A stretch of DNA of 63,034 nucleotides, counting the filler, from Gonapodya sp. JEL0774 (taxonomy: Eukaryota): assembly GCA_027604505.1 (NCBI GenBank). It is 18 parts of 18 records of this genome, joined end to end, with 100 filler letters (N's around TTAATTAATTAA, not from the genome) between each part and the next. Parts side by side here need not be neighbours in the genome. Positions count along the whole stretch, not along the records: positions 1 to 3,423 come from JADIIX010001300.1; positions 3,524 to 6,941 come from JADIIX010001301.1; positions 7,042 to 10,456 come from JADIIX010001302.1; 15 more parts are not named here. One strand, given 5' to 3'. The notes beneath the pieces are model-generated. The model did no database searches. It had not been told where the DNA came from and was given only the letters and a program-made list of their open reading frames with translations. Shown piece after piece: positions 1-10,556 of this stretch (positions are counted from its first letter, which is position 1; each line of letters begins with the position of its first letter). Made by a program: the position numbers and the translations under genes.

Positions 1-745
1 CCTTTTGACCGAGGTTCTGGATAACTTGGGCGTGAAGCAGGTCAAGGGCGAGCGAGTGGTCATCCCCGAAGGTGGATTCCGGAATGACGGTACCATGACC
101 AAAATCAAGACCAACAAGGGTCGAGAAATCGAGTCTGATTTGCAGGTGAATTTCTCATAAAACTATGTGTTTTCACTTGTGATTCTCATTTTTCTACTCT
201 CTTCACAGATCCCTGCCACCGGCCTCACCCCCAACACCAAACCCCTCGCGCTCCTCTCTTCCAAAATCGTTTCGCCCTCCGGCTTCGTTCCCGTCCTCCC
301 CACCTCCCAAGTCTCCGACCCCGCCTTCCCCAACATTTTCTGCACGGGCGACGTCACAGAGGGAATCGCCAAAACCGCAAAGGAGGCCCGTCGCCAATCG
401 CAAACCGCCGTGGACAATATCGTACTCCTCGCAAACGCCAAGGTCCAAGGTCGACCCACACCGCGGGAGGACGAGTTCGTCCGGAGTGAAAAGGCACCGC
501 TGGGTATCCACCTGGTCATGGCTCACTCGTTCGACGTCTTTGGCAGGCAAGATCCTGCGACGGGCGTATCGGGTGCAATGTCGAAACCTTACAACAAGGA
601 CAAGCCCGAGAACTTGGGCGCAAGTAGGATTTGGGAGATGCTGGGGTTCGGACCGCAACCTGGTGCTCCACTAAAGGAAAAACACGGGAAAGAAGGGAAG
701 GGGAAGGGACTTCCCCTGGATGGACCGTCACCAGCGCACGTTTAA
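1..745 (+). CDS. AIF/AMID/FSP1-like FAD/NAD(P)H oxidoreductase, 3' part
   Basis: Exon 2..145 (...KTNKGREIESDLQ), GT-AG intron 146..208, then IPATGLTPNT...GFVPVLPTSQV...PNIFCTGDV. These are the ATG and GD motifs of pyridine nucleotide-disulfide oxidoreductases. Confidence 0.8.
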
Positions 746-967
746 GTTGATCGCGGCTCAACCTTGTGCATCAATCATCGTATTTAGAGTCAGTAAAGAG
801 TATTGTAGATAAATCAATATGGTCGGAGAATCGATTATGGTTACACAAAATAAAATATTACTGGCACTGTCAGAAACTACACCAAACCATGCCCCAAAGA
901 ATACCATTGTCCTCGGCGGGAAGTACGTTTCAGGCTCCGTTGATAACGAAGCTAACGCCTTCTCGTC

Positions 968-2277
968 TCATACTATCCCCACCTTCAAGGTCACCACGAC
1001 CACATCCACTGTCTTCGTTTCCAACAAGCCGAAGGCGTTTTCTGTTCTCACCGCGCCGTGGCGTACTTCAGTCTCCACTCGACGGGGAGCGGGCGTCGAG
1101 GATGCATTCACGGGGAGAGAAGACGAACTCGCACCGGTACTGTAGGTGGAGGTTGACGGGGAGTGAGGCGACACCAAGGTGGAAGAGTAGCCAGAGGGTG
1201 AGGGTACCAGCGGGGATCCCGGGGTGAATCTCCGGGCAGTTGAAGGATCCTCAAAGCTGCTCAGAGCTGATGTGGTTCGGAGATAGGCGCCAGAACCTTT
1301 ACTCCCGCCTCCACTTCCAAGCCGTGTTTCCAACTTATGGACGAGCCATGCCATGACCTCTGCCCTCATAACAACCTGCAAAGTTGGGTAGCGTGCCGCG
1401 AACCCGGCGTTCGGATTCAAATAGACCCACTCGGTGGCGGCGGACGGATTGCGGGGTGAGAACTCGTCGGTGGTTGTCGGTGCAGAGATAGTGGCGTACG
1501 ACGAGGAAGACGGAAAGGAGGAAGTCGTAGGAAGGGAAGGGTTGGATGGAAGGTCGGAGAGAAATACTTCGATCTGGTGGATGGCGGCGAGAAGCGGGTG
1601 AGGATGTGAGTTCGCAGGAAAAAGTACAACTTTGCCGCAGTGTGAAATGCACCTCACTGTGACCCATACGAGCATGCGACAAAGCCAGTGGTACAAGATC
1701 TTCGACGAGGGCATCGAGGCGAGATTCAAGTGTAACATTGAGCTGAGGGGTCATGAATGTATTAGGAGCATAGCTGGGGCTACTCCCTCCAATCATGAAA
1801 ATAAAGAATAAAACGCATCTCATCTGAGACAGCAGCAAGTGGTCTCTTCACATCCAAATTGGATCCTGATGCTTTCATATTGCCGAACCCCCCACCGGAC
1901 CCAAGTAGCGATCCATAATCCGGCGGCATCTCCTCGTCCTGAGGAGGACCTTTATTCATTTTGGCACCTGCTGTAGCCCCTCCCGTCTCTTGAGCTCTCT
2001 GTGTAGACGAAGTCACATCAAACCCAAGTAAATCCCTGGCAACTCTTGCAACAACCATTTCGCTGACGCTTGGGGGCACCATGAGCTCCCCATACCTCAA
2101 GTAGTCAAGCACGACTTCGAAAGCGGCAGGATTGTGATCGAGAAACGTCCCTGGTGGTCCATTGGTGCAAGAAGGCGAAGAAGCGATTCGAGCTAGTTTC
2201 GAGTCTGGGAACCGCGAGACGAGCGCAGTAGAGATAGAAAATGGGCGGCCACCGATATTGAAATGTGCAATCGACAT
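968..2277 (-). CDS. BTB/POZ (KCTD-type) domain protein
   Basis: N-terminal FNIGGRPFSISTALVSRFPDSKL...FLDHNPAAFEVVLDYLRYGEL is a BTB_2 signature. It probably continues through one or more short introns near 1740-1820 into the open frame 1738..968; the junction is not resolved. Confidence 0.8.
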
Positions 2278-2773
2278 TAATGCGATTGTCCAGCGTAAAG
2301 TTAACGCTTTTGTTGGTAGTGCGGTGAGCTTGAAGCTGCAACTGGCGGAGTGCTGAGTCAGCGATCCACAGAACTATCTAACTTCTTAGTTGACCACCTG
2401 CGATCCGTTCGTGAGACATGGGTCTTGATGACCACTAGTTACCGTCGCAAAATATAATTGCAGTGCGCACCAATTAAGTTCTTCCGAGAAGTCTACAATT
2501 TCAATATAACTAATACCGCTGCAATTGTTGAGTTCGGGTGCTGGGGAATGACAGGGACCCCGTGCGGCCTCGGAAAGTCGGCGTTGGTATGGCTAGTGTA
2601 GAATTTGTGACCTCATTCAGCGCGAGACAGTCAAGCGGGCTGCGAATGGAGACAATTCATGAGACCTGATTTGCACCACAGCAAAGGTACTGAGGGTCTC
2701 AAACTTACAATGCACCGTACGCTTGCGTGTCCAACTTGGTCCAAGTCATAGATGAAGAAGGTGCGAAGTGATC

Positions 2774-3423
2774 TTAAGCAACCACGACCGTGAATGCCGT
2801 AACGAGAGTTCTTACATTCTGTCCCATCCCCCATCCATCGGGGAATACCCATGACAGCTCCATTTCATTTCCATCAAAGAGCGCCACCTCATCGTCATGG
2901 GTTGACGAGTACTGTGAGATAATAATTTTTTTGTCAATGGATCAGTGAGTGGAAGATAAATACAATACTCACAGGGGTAACGACTCTTATTGGGTTCCCG
3001 TGGTATTTGACAGATCCCTCGGATACCTCTCCAAAACGCTTCTTTGCATATGTGAAGAACCACTGATGAGTTATACGAGGGAAGATGTCAAGCACTTAAT
3101 GACACCGATACGAAAGTTTCAATTGTGCTCACGTGATCGCCCTCCATTTCCATTCTCGTACTCCTATTGCTTGAAGAATCCAGGCTCGATTGAACCAAGT
3201 TGAATCCTGCTGGAGGGCGAGGACCACTTAGAATCGTACTGGTGATCGCAGGTGTTGCGATCCGCGATTTATTCCTCTCCTCTCGATCCCGATACAGAGG
3301 AGTGGGAAGGAAAGGTGGCAGTCGACGGTCAAATCCAGATTCTGACGATGGGAGTGCTTCATAAATCCGAGAATCATCCCGAATTCTGCGGTTGCGAGGT
3401 GAGTGGAAATCGGAGTTGGTGTG
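2774..3423 (-). CDS. 3' end of a spliced gene with a C-terminal SH3-like domain
   Basis: Not in the ORF track. Joining exons across GTGAGC..CAG and GTGAGT..CAG introns gives ...GNPIRVVTP|YSSTHDDEVALFDGNEMELSWVFPDGWGMGQNVRT, matching SH3 Y-x4-DE-x-x-L...DGW-x-x-G-x-N. The last strand is not resolved. Confidence 0.55.
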
Positions 3424-3523
3424 NNNNNNNNNNNNNNNNNNNNNNNNNNNNNNNNNNNNNNNNNNNNTTAATTAATTAANNNNNNNNNNNNNNNNNNNNN
3501 NNNNNNNNNNNNNNNNNNNNNNN
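3424..3523. other. Artificial contig spacer (first of 17)
   Basis: N44-TTAATTAATTAA-N44 (stops in all six frames). Others start at 6942, 10457, 13972, 17486, 20999, 24511, 28022, 31531, 35037, 38541, 42045, 45549, 49051, 52550, 56047 and 59542, each 100 bp. Confidence 0.99.
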
Positions 3524-4858
3524 TCTCCACATACACCTCCCCCGCCCTCTCCTTGTCCTCCTCCTGTACCTTATCCGGATGCCACCTGAGCGACAACTTC
3601 CGAAACGCCTTGCGCACGTCTGTTGCGTTGGCGCGCTCGTCGATCCCGAGGATGGCGTAGGGGTTGTAGAGGGGGGGGTCCGGGGCAGGGGTGGTGAGGA
3701 TGTGGCGGAGGAGGAGGAGGAGGAGGAGGTAGAGGAAGGCGGTGAGGAGGGTCCTTTGGAGGGGGGAAGTGATTGGGTAGGGTGGGGGTCAGGAACGTGT
3801 GGAGGGAAGAAACCTCGGCCTCTCCCCTCTCACTGCATCCCCCATCTCCTGACAGACACTTGACCCCACCCCACCGAACCCCATCCCACCTGACCCAATC
3901 CCACATGACCCAATCCCACATGACCCAATCCCACCTGAGTCCATTCCACCTGACCCCATCCAACCCCATCCCAAACCCAAACCCAATCGAGTTCATGAAG
4001 GAAAGCAAACGGGTCAATTTGTCCATATGGGCCATATGGCCCTCACCGGACCATATGGACCGCAAAGGTGCGGTTCGCCTTACGCCTCCGGCGGACTCTG
4101 CCCGTCGTTGGCGCTCGGGCGAGACCGGCCTCCCGGTTCGCTTCGCTCACCTCCGGCCGGCAGAACGCCCCTATGCCCCTATCCCCATGTCCCCATGTCC
4201 CCCTACCACCACCCAATCCCACTGGTCTTGTCCACTCACTTCCTCCCTACGGATCCAGCCTTCTTGTTGCTCCTCTCCGTGGCGATTGAGCGTTTGCGGA
4301 CACAGTCGTCGCAGGTGCAGGGGGATGTGGAGGGGGCTGGTTGGTGGGAGGACGAGCGGGGGGTATGTGGAGCGTTGAGAGAAGGGGTGAGCAGGGGGGA
4401 GGTCAGGAGGATTAGAAGAAGGGGTGAGGAGAAGGGGTGAGCAAGCAGGGAGGAGGGGAGGAGGTGCAGGAATGGAAAACGGGGAGGGGTTGTTCAAGAG
4501 AGAGTGGGCTGGAGCGGAGCGAGTTCTTGTGGCCCTCAGCGCCCATCGCGCATCGCGCATCCGGCATTCCAAAAGAGGATACAACTAAAAACAAAAAAAA
4601 AGGAAAAAGGGAAATGCAATACAGACCAGATGATTGAGAAGCGATGAAGTCCGAGTAGAGGGAGTAAGAGAGAGGGAAGAGGAGGACGGCGAGGAAAGAT
4701 ATGAGGAAGTAGGAGAAGTAGACGCCAGACTCGTCGTAGTCGTATCTAATTCGAGGGAGAGAGGGAGAGGGGAAGAATGGGGGGGAGTGGAGAGAATATA
4801 AGAGAAAGAGAGAGGGGAACAAAGGGAGGAGAGAGCGTTCGTACTTCATTCCCGCCAT
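3524..4858 (-). CDS. SEC63: ER translocon J-protein Sec63, 5' part
   Basis: 14-nt first exon gives MAGMK|YDYDESGVYFSYFLISFLAVLLFP, followed by CTCDDC, a second TM helix and a J-domain YNPYAILGIDERANATDVRKAFRKLSLRWHPDK. Last visible intron is about 3754..4239. Confidence 0.93.
3858..3988 (+). repeat. Intronic 15-bp minisatellite (CCACATGACCCAATC-like, about 6-7 degenerate copies)
   Basis: ccacctgacccaatc / ccacatgacccaatc / ccacatgacccaatc / ccacctgagtccatt / ccacctgaccccatc, read directly. Confidence 0.85.
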
Positions 4859-5738
4859 TAGAGAGATTGAGAGAGAGGGGAGATGGGGATGGAATGGAGG
4901 GAATGGAGGGGATGGGGGGAAGACAGAGCGTGCAGGTCAAAGGGGATGAAGGGGGATGGAGCAGAGAGAGGGCTGACAAGCGATGAAGCGAGTGTCGATT
5001 GCGTGTCGCGTGAAGGTAATTGTTTGTGTGATGCCCCCGGTCCAGAACAGAGTGTTTGAAAATGTTTCAATTGCTCCTGTGGATGTCGATGTCGACTCGT
5101 CAATTCACAATGTGAGTGCTGTGCCAGCGTTGTTCGATGGAGCACGCTGGCAAAGGGCCTGGCTGCCCGCACTACTTTCTCCAGTACTTGTACCCAACCT
5201 GATGACTGTAACTGGATATATTATTGCCAAATTTATGTAATTGGAGTGGATGCTGAATTACAACAGTGTAATAGTACTACAATACGTCAGATGCTACAAT
5301 CTCTATCCCTCTGAAAAACCCAGCATGAGCAACCTGCCGATTCGGACTGTTCCTTACCTGAGACATCTCCATGACCATGCACTGGCATGGCCAAAAGAGA
5401 TACAGTGGCCCAAGTTTGTTCTCCTGTTATTCATTTTGGCAGAAGTTGGATTGTACGGTGGACTATAACCGAACGATGGCTCGATACAAATTCTAATAAA
5501 TTTAATTACAAAATTTAATTAGAATTTTTAAACACGCTACGCTGATCCACCCAGGAGCTCCACAGGTTTGACACTCACATTCAGCTCAGCTCTGGTTCTG
5601 GTCGAGATTGTCGTGGCTTGGGAAGAGAGGATGGGGAGCAGCAAGGCCGTTTCCATTTTAAGGCAACGTTAGTTCGACATTAGGTAGAAATCGATTTTTT
5701 CGACTACTTTCACGATTTGTACCCTGCGAATCTCAATC

Positions 5739-6672
5739 ATGAGCGTGATCATCCCAGTTGGCAAGGAGGAGATTGTTGTGCGCACAAACCACGCTCTTCT
5801 ACTGTGGTCCACGCTGATGGTTGAGTGACGACAAACAGACTGGCTATTACATACTCTCTTTTCACAAGCGCAGTTCAAGGTTCGCAGACAGAACTTGGAG
5901 TTTGGCATGTCTTTGATAAACTGACCGGTTCCTGTCAACGAACCATCTGATAATACGAATATGAATACATTCCTGATGCGAATGACAAAGCACCGATCAG
6001 ACGGGGAGGACGAGAACTAATCAATTTTACAAATGTATGAATGTCTTATTGATGGACGAAAATTCGAATCGATATATTATACCGTGTGGTGTGGGACGGC
6101 ACTCGCAGTCTCGAATCGATCACGCTATTGGTATAGTTCCCAATGCTCCGCACCCGCACACCGACTGCCGCTGTCCTGGGCGACGACGACATCGCAATGG
6201 TCTGTTTTATTTTTTGCCATCCGTCTCAAATCTGTCCGTCCTCGGCCTTGTTCCCATTCCAACACACTTCTCGTCCCCGTCCCACGTTTGACCCATTCAA
6301 TTTCAATTCAATTCAATCTTCACCCCTCTAAGTTCGACCGCATCCGCGCTCAAAATCCCTTGCCCCCTTCCGCGGTCCCCTTGGCCCGTCCCACCCCGCG
6401 CTCCCCCACCTCAGCCTCAACCTCCACCTCCCTCTTCCCTGCCCCCGCCCCCGCCCCCACAACTCCCGCCGCATTCCCCACCACCAAACCCGGACCCGCC
6501 GGCACCACCCACACCCTCGACACCACTTCCTCCTCGTCCTCCTCCTCCCTCGACTCCCTCTCATCTCCCGCCATGATGATGTCCCTCGACCCATCCAACT
6601 CCAACACCGGCGCATCCTCCCCTCACACTCCCTTTTCCCCCTTTGAAATCACCGCGGGCGGGAGGCCAAGAG
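5739..6672 (+). CDS. Hypothetical spliced gene, possibly with a divergent N-terminal BTB-like domain and a Pro/Ser-rich region
   Basis: Putative exons MSVIIPVGKEEIV, FKVRRQNLE, FPMLRTRTPTAAVLGDDDIAM and FDRIRAQNPLPP...GGRPR, ending at a GTGAGT donor at 6673. One junction does not resolve in phase. Confidence 0.3.
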
Positions 6673-7041
6673 GTGAGTCTGCCGTGTGGGTTTGTGTGAT
6701 GTGATGGCAAGACACGGGGGTGAGATTGGCGGGAGTGCGAAACCGGGTTGGGGGCGGGTCGGGTCAGGACGGAAGATGGGAACCTGACACGGGTATTCCA
6801 CCTGTGAGGACATTCCACCACACCAACGGTTGCACTTCATCACACGGCACGGGCGGTTCCACGCTGAATCGTGGTAGACTGTCTCGCCAACTTGCATCCC
6901 GTTACGAACCTACGAGCCTACCAACCTGCCATCACCCCCCCNNNNNNNNNNNNNNNNNNNNNNNNNNNNNNNNNNNNNNNNNNNNTTAATTAATTAANNN
7001 NNNNNNNNNNNNNNNNNNNNNNNNNNNNNNNNNNNNNNNNN

Positions 7042-7397
7042 TGCTTAAGCTCACATACTGTCCTACAAAGGGCAACACTGCAGATGTGATGACCAAGCCA
7101 CTGTCAACATCAGATTTTAAGCAGCACTGTGCAGGAATGGGATTGGGAGCTGTTGGTTAGTTGGATTGGAAACAATACACTGGAGTGTTGTGTTTCAGGG
7201 GGAGTGTGAAGTCTTGAGTGAAATACCCATTGGTGACAAAATTATTTGTATACTTTGGATTTGGACTCTTGAGTTGATTTGGGAAAGTGCTTGGATGAGT
7301 CATTGCTGTGGCCTATGTGGCACAGTCAGACAGAGGACATATATGCAGCCCATTTTCCCATGTAGTGTGTGAGAAAAAGAAAAGTCAAGTTTCAACA
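7042..7397 (+). mobile_element. Ty1/copia 3' end A: RNase H tail, polypurine tract and short LTR
   Basis: LKLTYCPTKGNTADVMTKPL...HCAGMGL* (copia ADxxTK motif); PPT AGGGGGAG 7197-7204; TG...CA segment 7205..7397. Confidence 0.8.
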
Positions 7398-8040
7398 ATG
7401 CTTCGTATGCTTCGGACAAATTCGATTTGAAATCTTGCCAAGGCTATGTGTTTATGTTGTCAGGGGGAGCTATCAGCTGGAATTCAGGAAAACAAGAGCA
7501 GCTGACTGATTCGACAACATATGCTGAATTTGTCTCTCAGCATAAAGCAGTAAAGGAGCTTCTATGGCTCAAGAATGTCTTTATGGAACTTGGACAACCT
7601 TTGAGAGATAATATTGAACTGATTGGAAAAGGCAAACAGAGGATTTATTTGATGACAGTAAAGGCGCAATATCTTCGGCACATAATCAGAAGAATCACAA
7701 TATGACCAAACACTTCGAAATCAAATATTTCTTTGTTCGTGAAGAGATCGAGAAGAAGACTCTTCAACTGCTTTACATTCCTACAAGTCAGAATGCTGCT
7801 GATCTACTAACTAAGTCCTTGCCAAATGAATCATTTGAGAAGCACAGAGCTATTATGGGAATGACAGAGATTACAGATGGATCATGATGTTCATGATCAG
7901 GGGAAGTGTTGGAAATATGTGAGGTTGTGTGTGTGATGTGTGTACTATATACTTGTATGATAGACCGCCGCACACAGAATGAGTGTGCCGGCGTGTAATA
8001 TACCAAGTTGTCCACACGATACATTACCTGTATTCTAACA
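7398..8040 (+). mobile_element. Ty1/copia 3' end B: degenerate RNase H, PPT and LTR start
   Basis: KSCQGYVFMLSGGAISWNSGKQ...STTYAEF...TKHFEIKYFFVREE...YIPTSQNAADLLTKSL, with a frameshift; PPT AGGGGAAG 7899-7906 then TGTTGG. Confidence 0.9.
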
Positions 8041-8053
8041 CCCCCCTCACACA

Positions 8054-9040
8054 TTGTCAGGCAATGAAATTGCAGAACAGGATATTTGTACTCTGGTTGA
8101 AAACATGCGGAGCGCTTTGCTTCTTGCAGAGCTGCCTGTTTGTTTATGGTTCGAACTTTTAGCCACTGTCAATTACCTTCGCAATCAGTCCCCATCTTCT
8201 TCCAATGATGGACATCTTCCTTATGAAATTCTAATGAAGAAACATGCTGATTTGAAGCATTTATGTGCTCTAGGATGGATCTTGGAATAAGTTACAAGCA
8301 AAAGGAGACATATGTTATCTTGTGAGTTATGACAATGATTCAACCATTTACCAATTTTGGGATCCAACAGCAAGGATAATCTGTTGTTCTCATGACGTTC
8401 AATTCTTTGAAGATGCATTCTTACGTTCTCACTATTTGCCTCATTCCGGTCATTCTATGCCAAACAAAAATGAATCTCTGAAGATCTCTGATTTTCTATC
8501 AGATATTTCTCTTGCTAATCCAAAGCTCAGCTGAGCGATGACATTACAAAGGGCAATATTAGCAGCAATGATGAGAGTGATGATGACAATTGTTCCACTT
8601 CAATATCAAAATCAATATTCACTCAACGAACTGGACCTATTACTCGCAATCAAGTTCCAAAGGCACCAGAGAAACCTAAACCCATACCTGGAGCTGTATC
8701 TGACCCTCCAGTTTCCCCTACTCAGTCACACAATTTCTTTGATCCAAAATGCAAGGGTCCTGCATTTCAACTACATGGGGATCCAATCCCTCAGTTCCCT
8801 CCACCTAGTAAACTTCCCACAGTTAAATCAACTCAATTGCTTATTCCTAAAACTATTCCAGATCCCAATTTGACAGTTGAAATTCCGCCACACCCTACTA
8901 GGTTCAAGTCTCTATTACCAAAGCCTGTGACTGCTCCTATTATTCCTAAGACTATTAAGGATCCTAACTTGATTGTCAAAATTCCTTCACGGCCATCTAA
9001 GGGCCCGTGTACTTGCAGAATTCTCCCAAACCAGGCCCAG
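8054..9040 (+). pseudogene. Ty1/copia integrase C-terminal half, SH3-like segment and Pro-rich linker (disrupted)
   Basis: AEQDICTLVENMRSALL..ELP..LW.E...TVNYLRNQSP...PYE...HLCALG, then YQFWDPTARIICCSHDVQFFE; stops and frameshifts present. Confidence 0.85.
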
Positions 9041-9044
9041 TTTG

Positions 9045-10456
9045 AGGGCTCTGTCCTAGTTTGAAATTTTGTTTTGTTTTGTAAAATTGTGCTCCAAAGT
9101 AAACAGAAAATGGTTTGGGCCGGCGGTGCCAGTTTCGTCCAGACTGCCAGTTTTACTTCCAAACTCTTCTTATTATTATTTTATAATTGCAATGGAAAGC
9201 GACGACAAGAGTACTGCATCCAGCTCCAGCTCTTTGTCTTCCTCCTCCTCCTCAACTTCGACGTCGTCTTTTACAAGGACGGCAAGCCTCCTTCTTCTCA
9301 TCCTCACCACAATTCTAGGAGTCTACGTTTCGACTCTTGCTTCCTTCATTTCGGATCCACAGCAACGCATCTGGAGCTCGGAGAAAGCTGGAAGAGTGTG
9401 GACGGAACGGGTTTTGGCAAACGAGAGTCTGTGCATGCAGAATGCTCGTATGAGCTCAAGAGTGTTCCGTCAACTTGTTGCAAGACTCAAGTTACCATGC
9501 GGGACGCTACCTGGACTCACAGATGGGCGTTCAGTCACAGTAGAAGAGCAGTTGATGGGCTTCCTCTACTGGGTTGGGCAACGTTCATTCACCCGGAATC
9601 AGGCCAGCCGATTCGAACACTCCACTCGAACAATTCACCATTACAATCACCATGTACTGGCTTGTCTTTTTGCACTGGCAAGCGAATATATCAGGCTTCC
9701 AGACGCTGCTAAGGGGCCTGACCAGGAACGAATTTTGGAGAGCGAAAATCGCAAGTTTTGACACTTCTATGGAGCATTAGGAGCAGTCGACGGAACGCAC
9801 ATCCCCATCTTTGTTCCGGAGTCTGAACAAGGTCTTTGGCGAAATCGGAAAGGGCACATTACACAGAATTGTCTGGGTGTGGTGGATTTTTCCCATCGTT
9901 TTGTGTATTTTCGGGCAGGGTGGCAGGGATCGGTGCATGATGGTACCATCTATGATGATGCCAGGGCGCACGGATTTGATGCGCCACCTGGGCAATTCTA
10001 TCTTGGAGATGCAGGGTTTGCTGTAGACAGAGTGGTGATGCCACCATACTGGGGTGAGCGGTATCATTTGAAGGAATGGGGTGAGGGACAATTGAGGTGA
10101 GTAAAACTGTATGTTTCAGCTGTAAGGATGCATCATAACACTTTTTACAATCACAGACCTCAGAGTGCTCGGGAACTTTTCAACCGTCGGCATTCTTCTC
10201 TGAGAAACGTTGTAGAACGAGCGTTCGGAATCCTGAAGAAGCGGTTTCCAATATTGGAAACCCCTATGCACTACAGCATAGAGATACAGGTGAGTTTTCA
10301 ATCTATCGGTCTCTCCAATTTCATTTCTTTATCCCGTCCTGTCTTGCGCTCAGGTTCAGGTAGCCATTGCTTGTGTTGTTCCTTTGATTAGGACGAAGAG
10401 AAGGGGGTCATGCGAGCTGCTCGGCAAAGGTTGCCGGGCCCCACTCGGGTCGGGGA
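9045..10456 (+). mobile_element. PIF/Harbinger DNA transposon: DDE_Tnp_4 transposase with a premature stop
   Basis: ATG 9192; RMSSRVFRQL, VEEQLMGFL, TGA at 9759-9761, GAVDGTHIPI, WRNRKG..TQN, AGWQGSVHD, YLGDAGF, RYHLKEW | ELFNRRHSSLRNVVERAFGILKKRFPIL. Two GT-AG introns. Candidate left end near AGGGCTCTGTCCTAG at about 9045. Confidence 0.93.
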
Positions 10457-10556
10457 NNNNNNNNNNNNNNNNNNNNNNNNNNNNNNNNNNNNNNNNNNNN
10501 TTAATTAATTAANNNNNNNNNNNNNNNNNNNNNNNNNNNNNNNNNNNNNNNNNNNN

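Noticed and set aside
3424..3523. Regularly spaced TTAATTAATTAA as a CRISPR-like or biological repeat
   Set aside because: Always embedded in N runs of fixed length between size-sorted contigs; it is a concatenation linker.
4983..5468. ORFs divergent from SEC63
   Set aside because: Short, no recognisable motif and no consistent splice model.
9759..9761. In-frame TGA as selenocysteine or readthrough (some early-diverging fungi use Sec)
   Set aside because: It lies in a transposase at a non-redox position and fits CGA>TGA decay. I found no selenoprotein family or convincing SECIS in the window.
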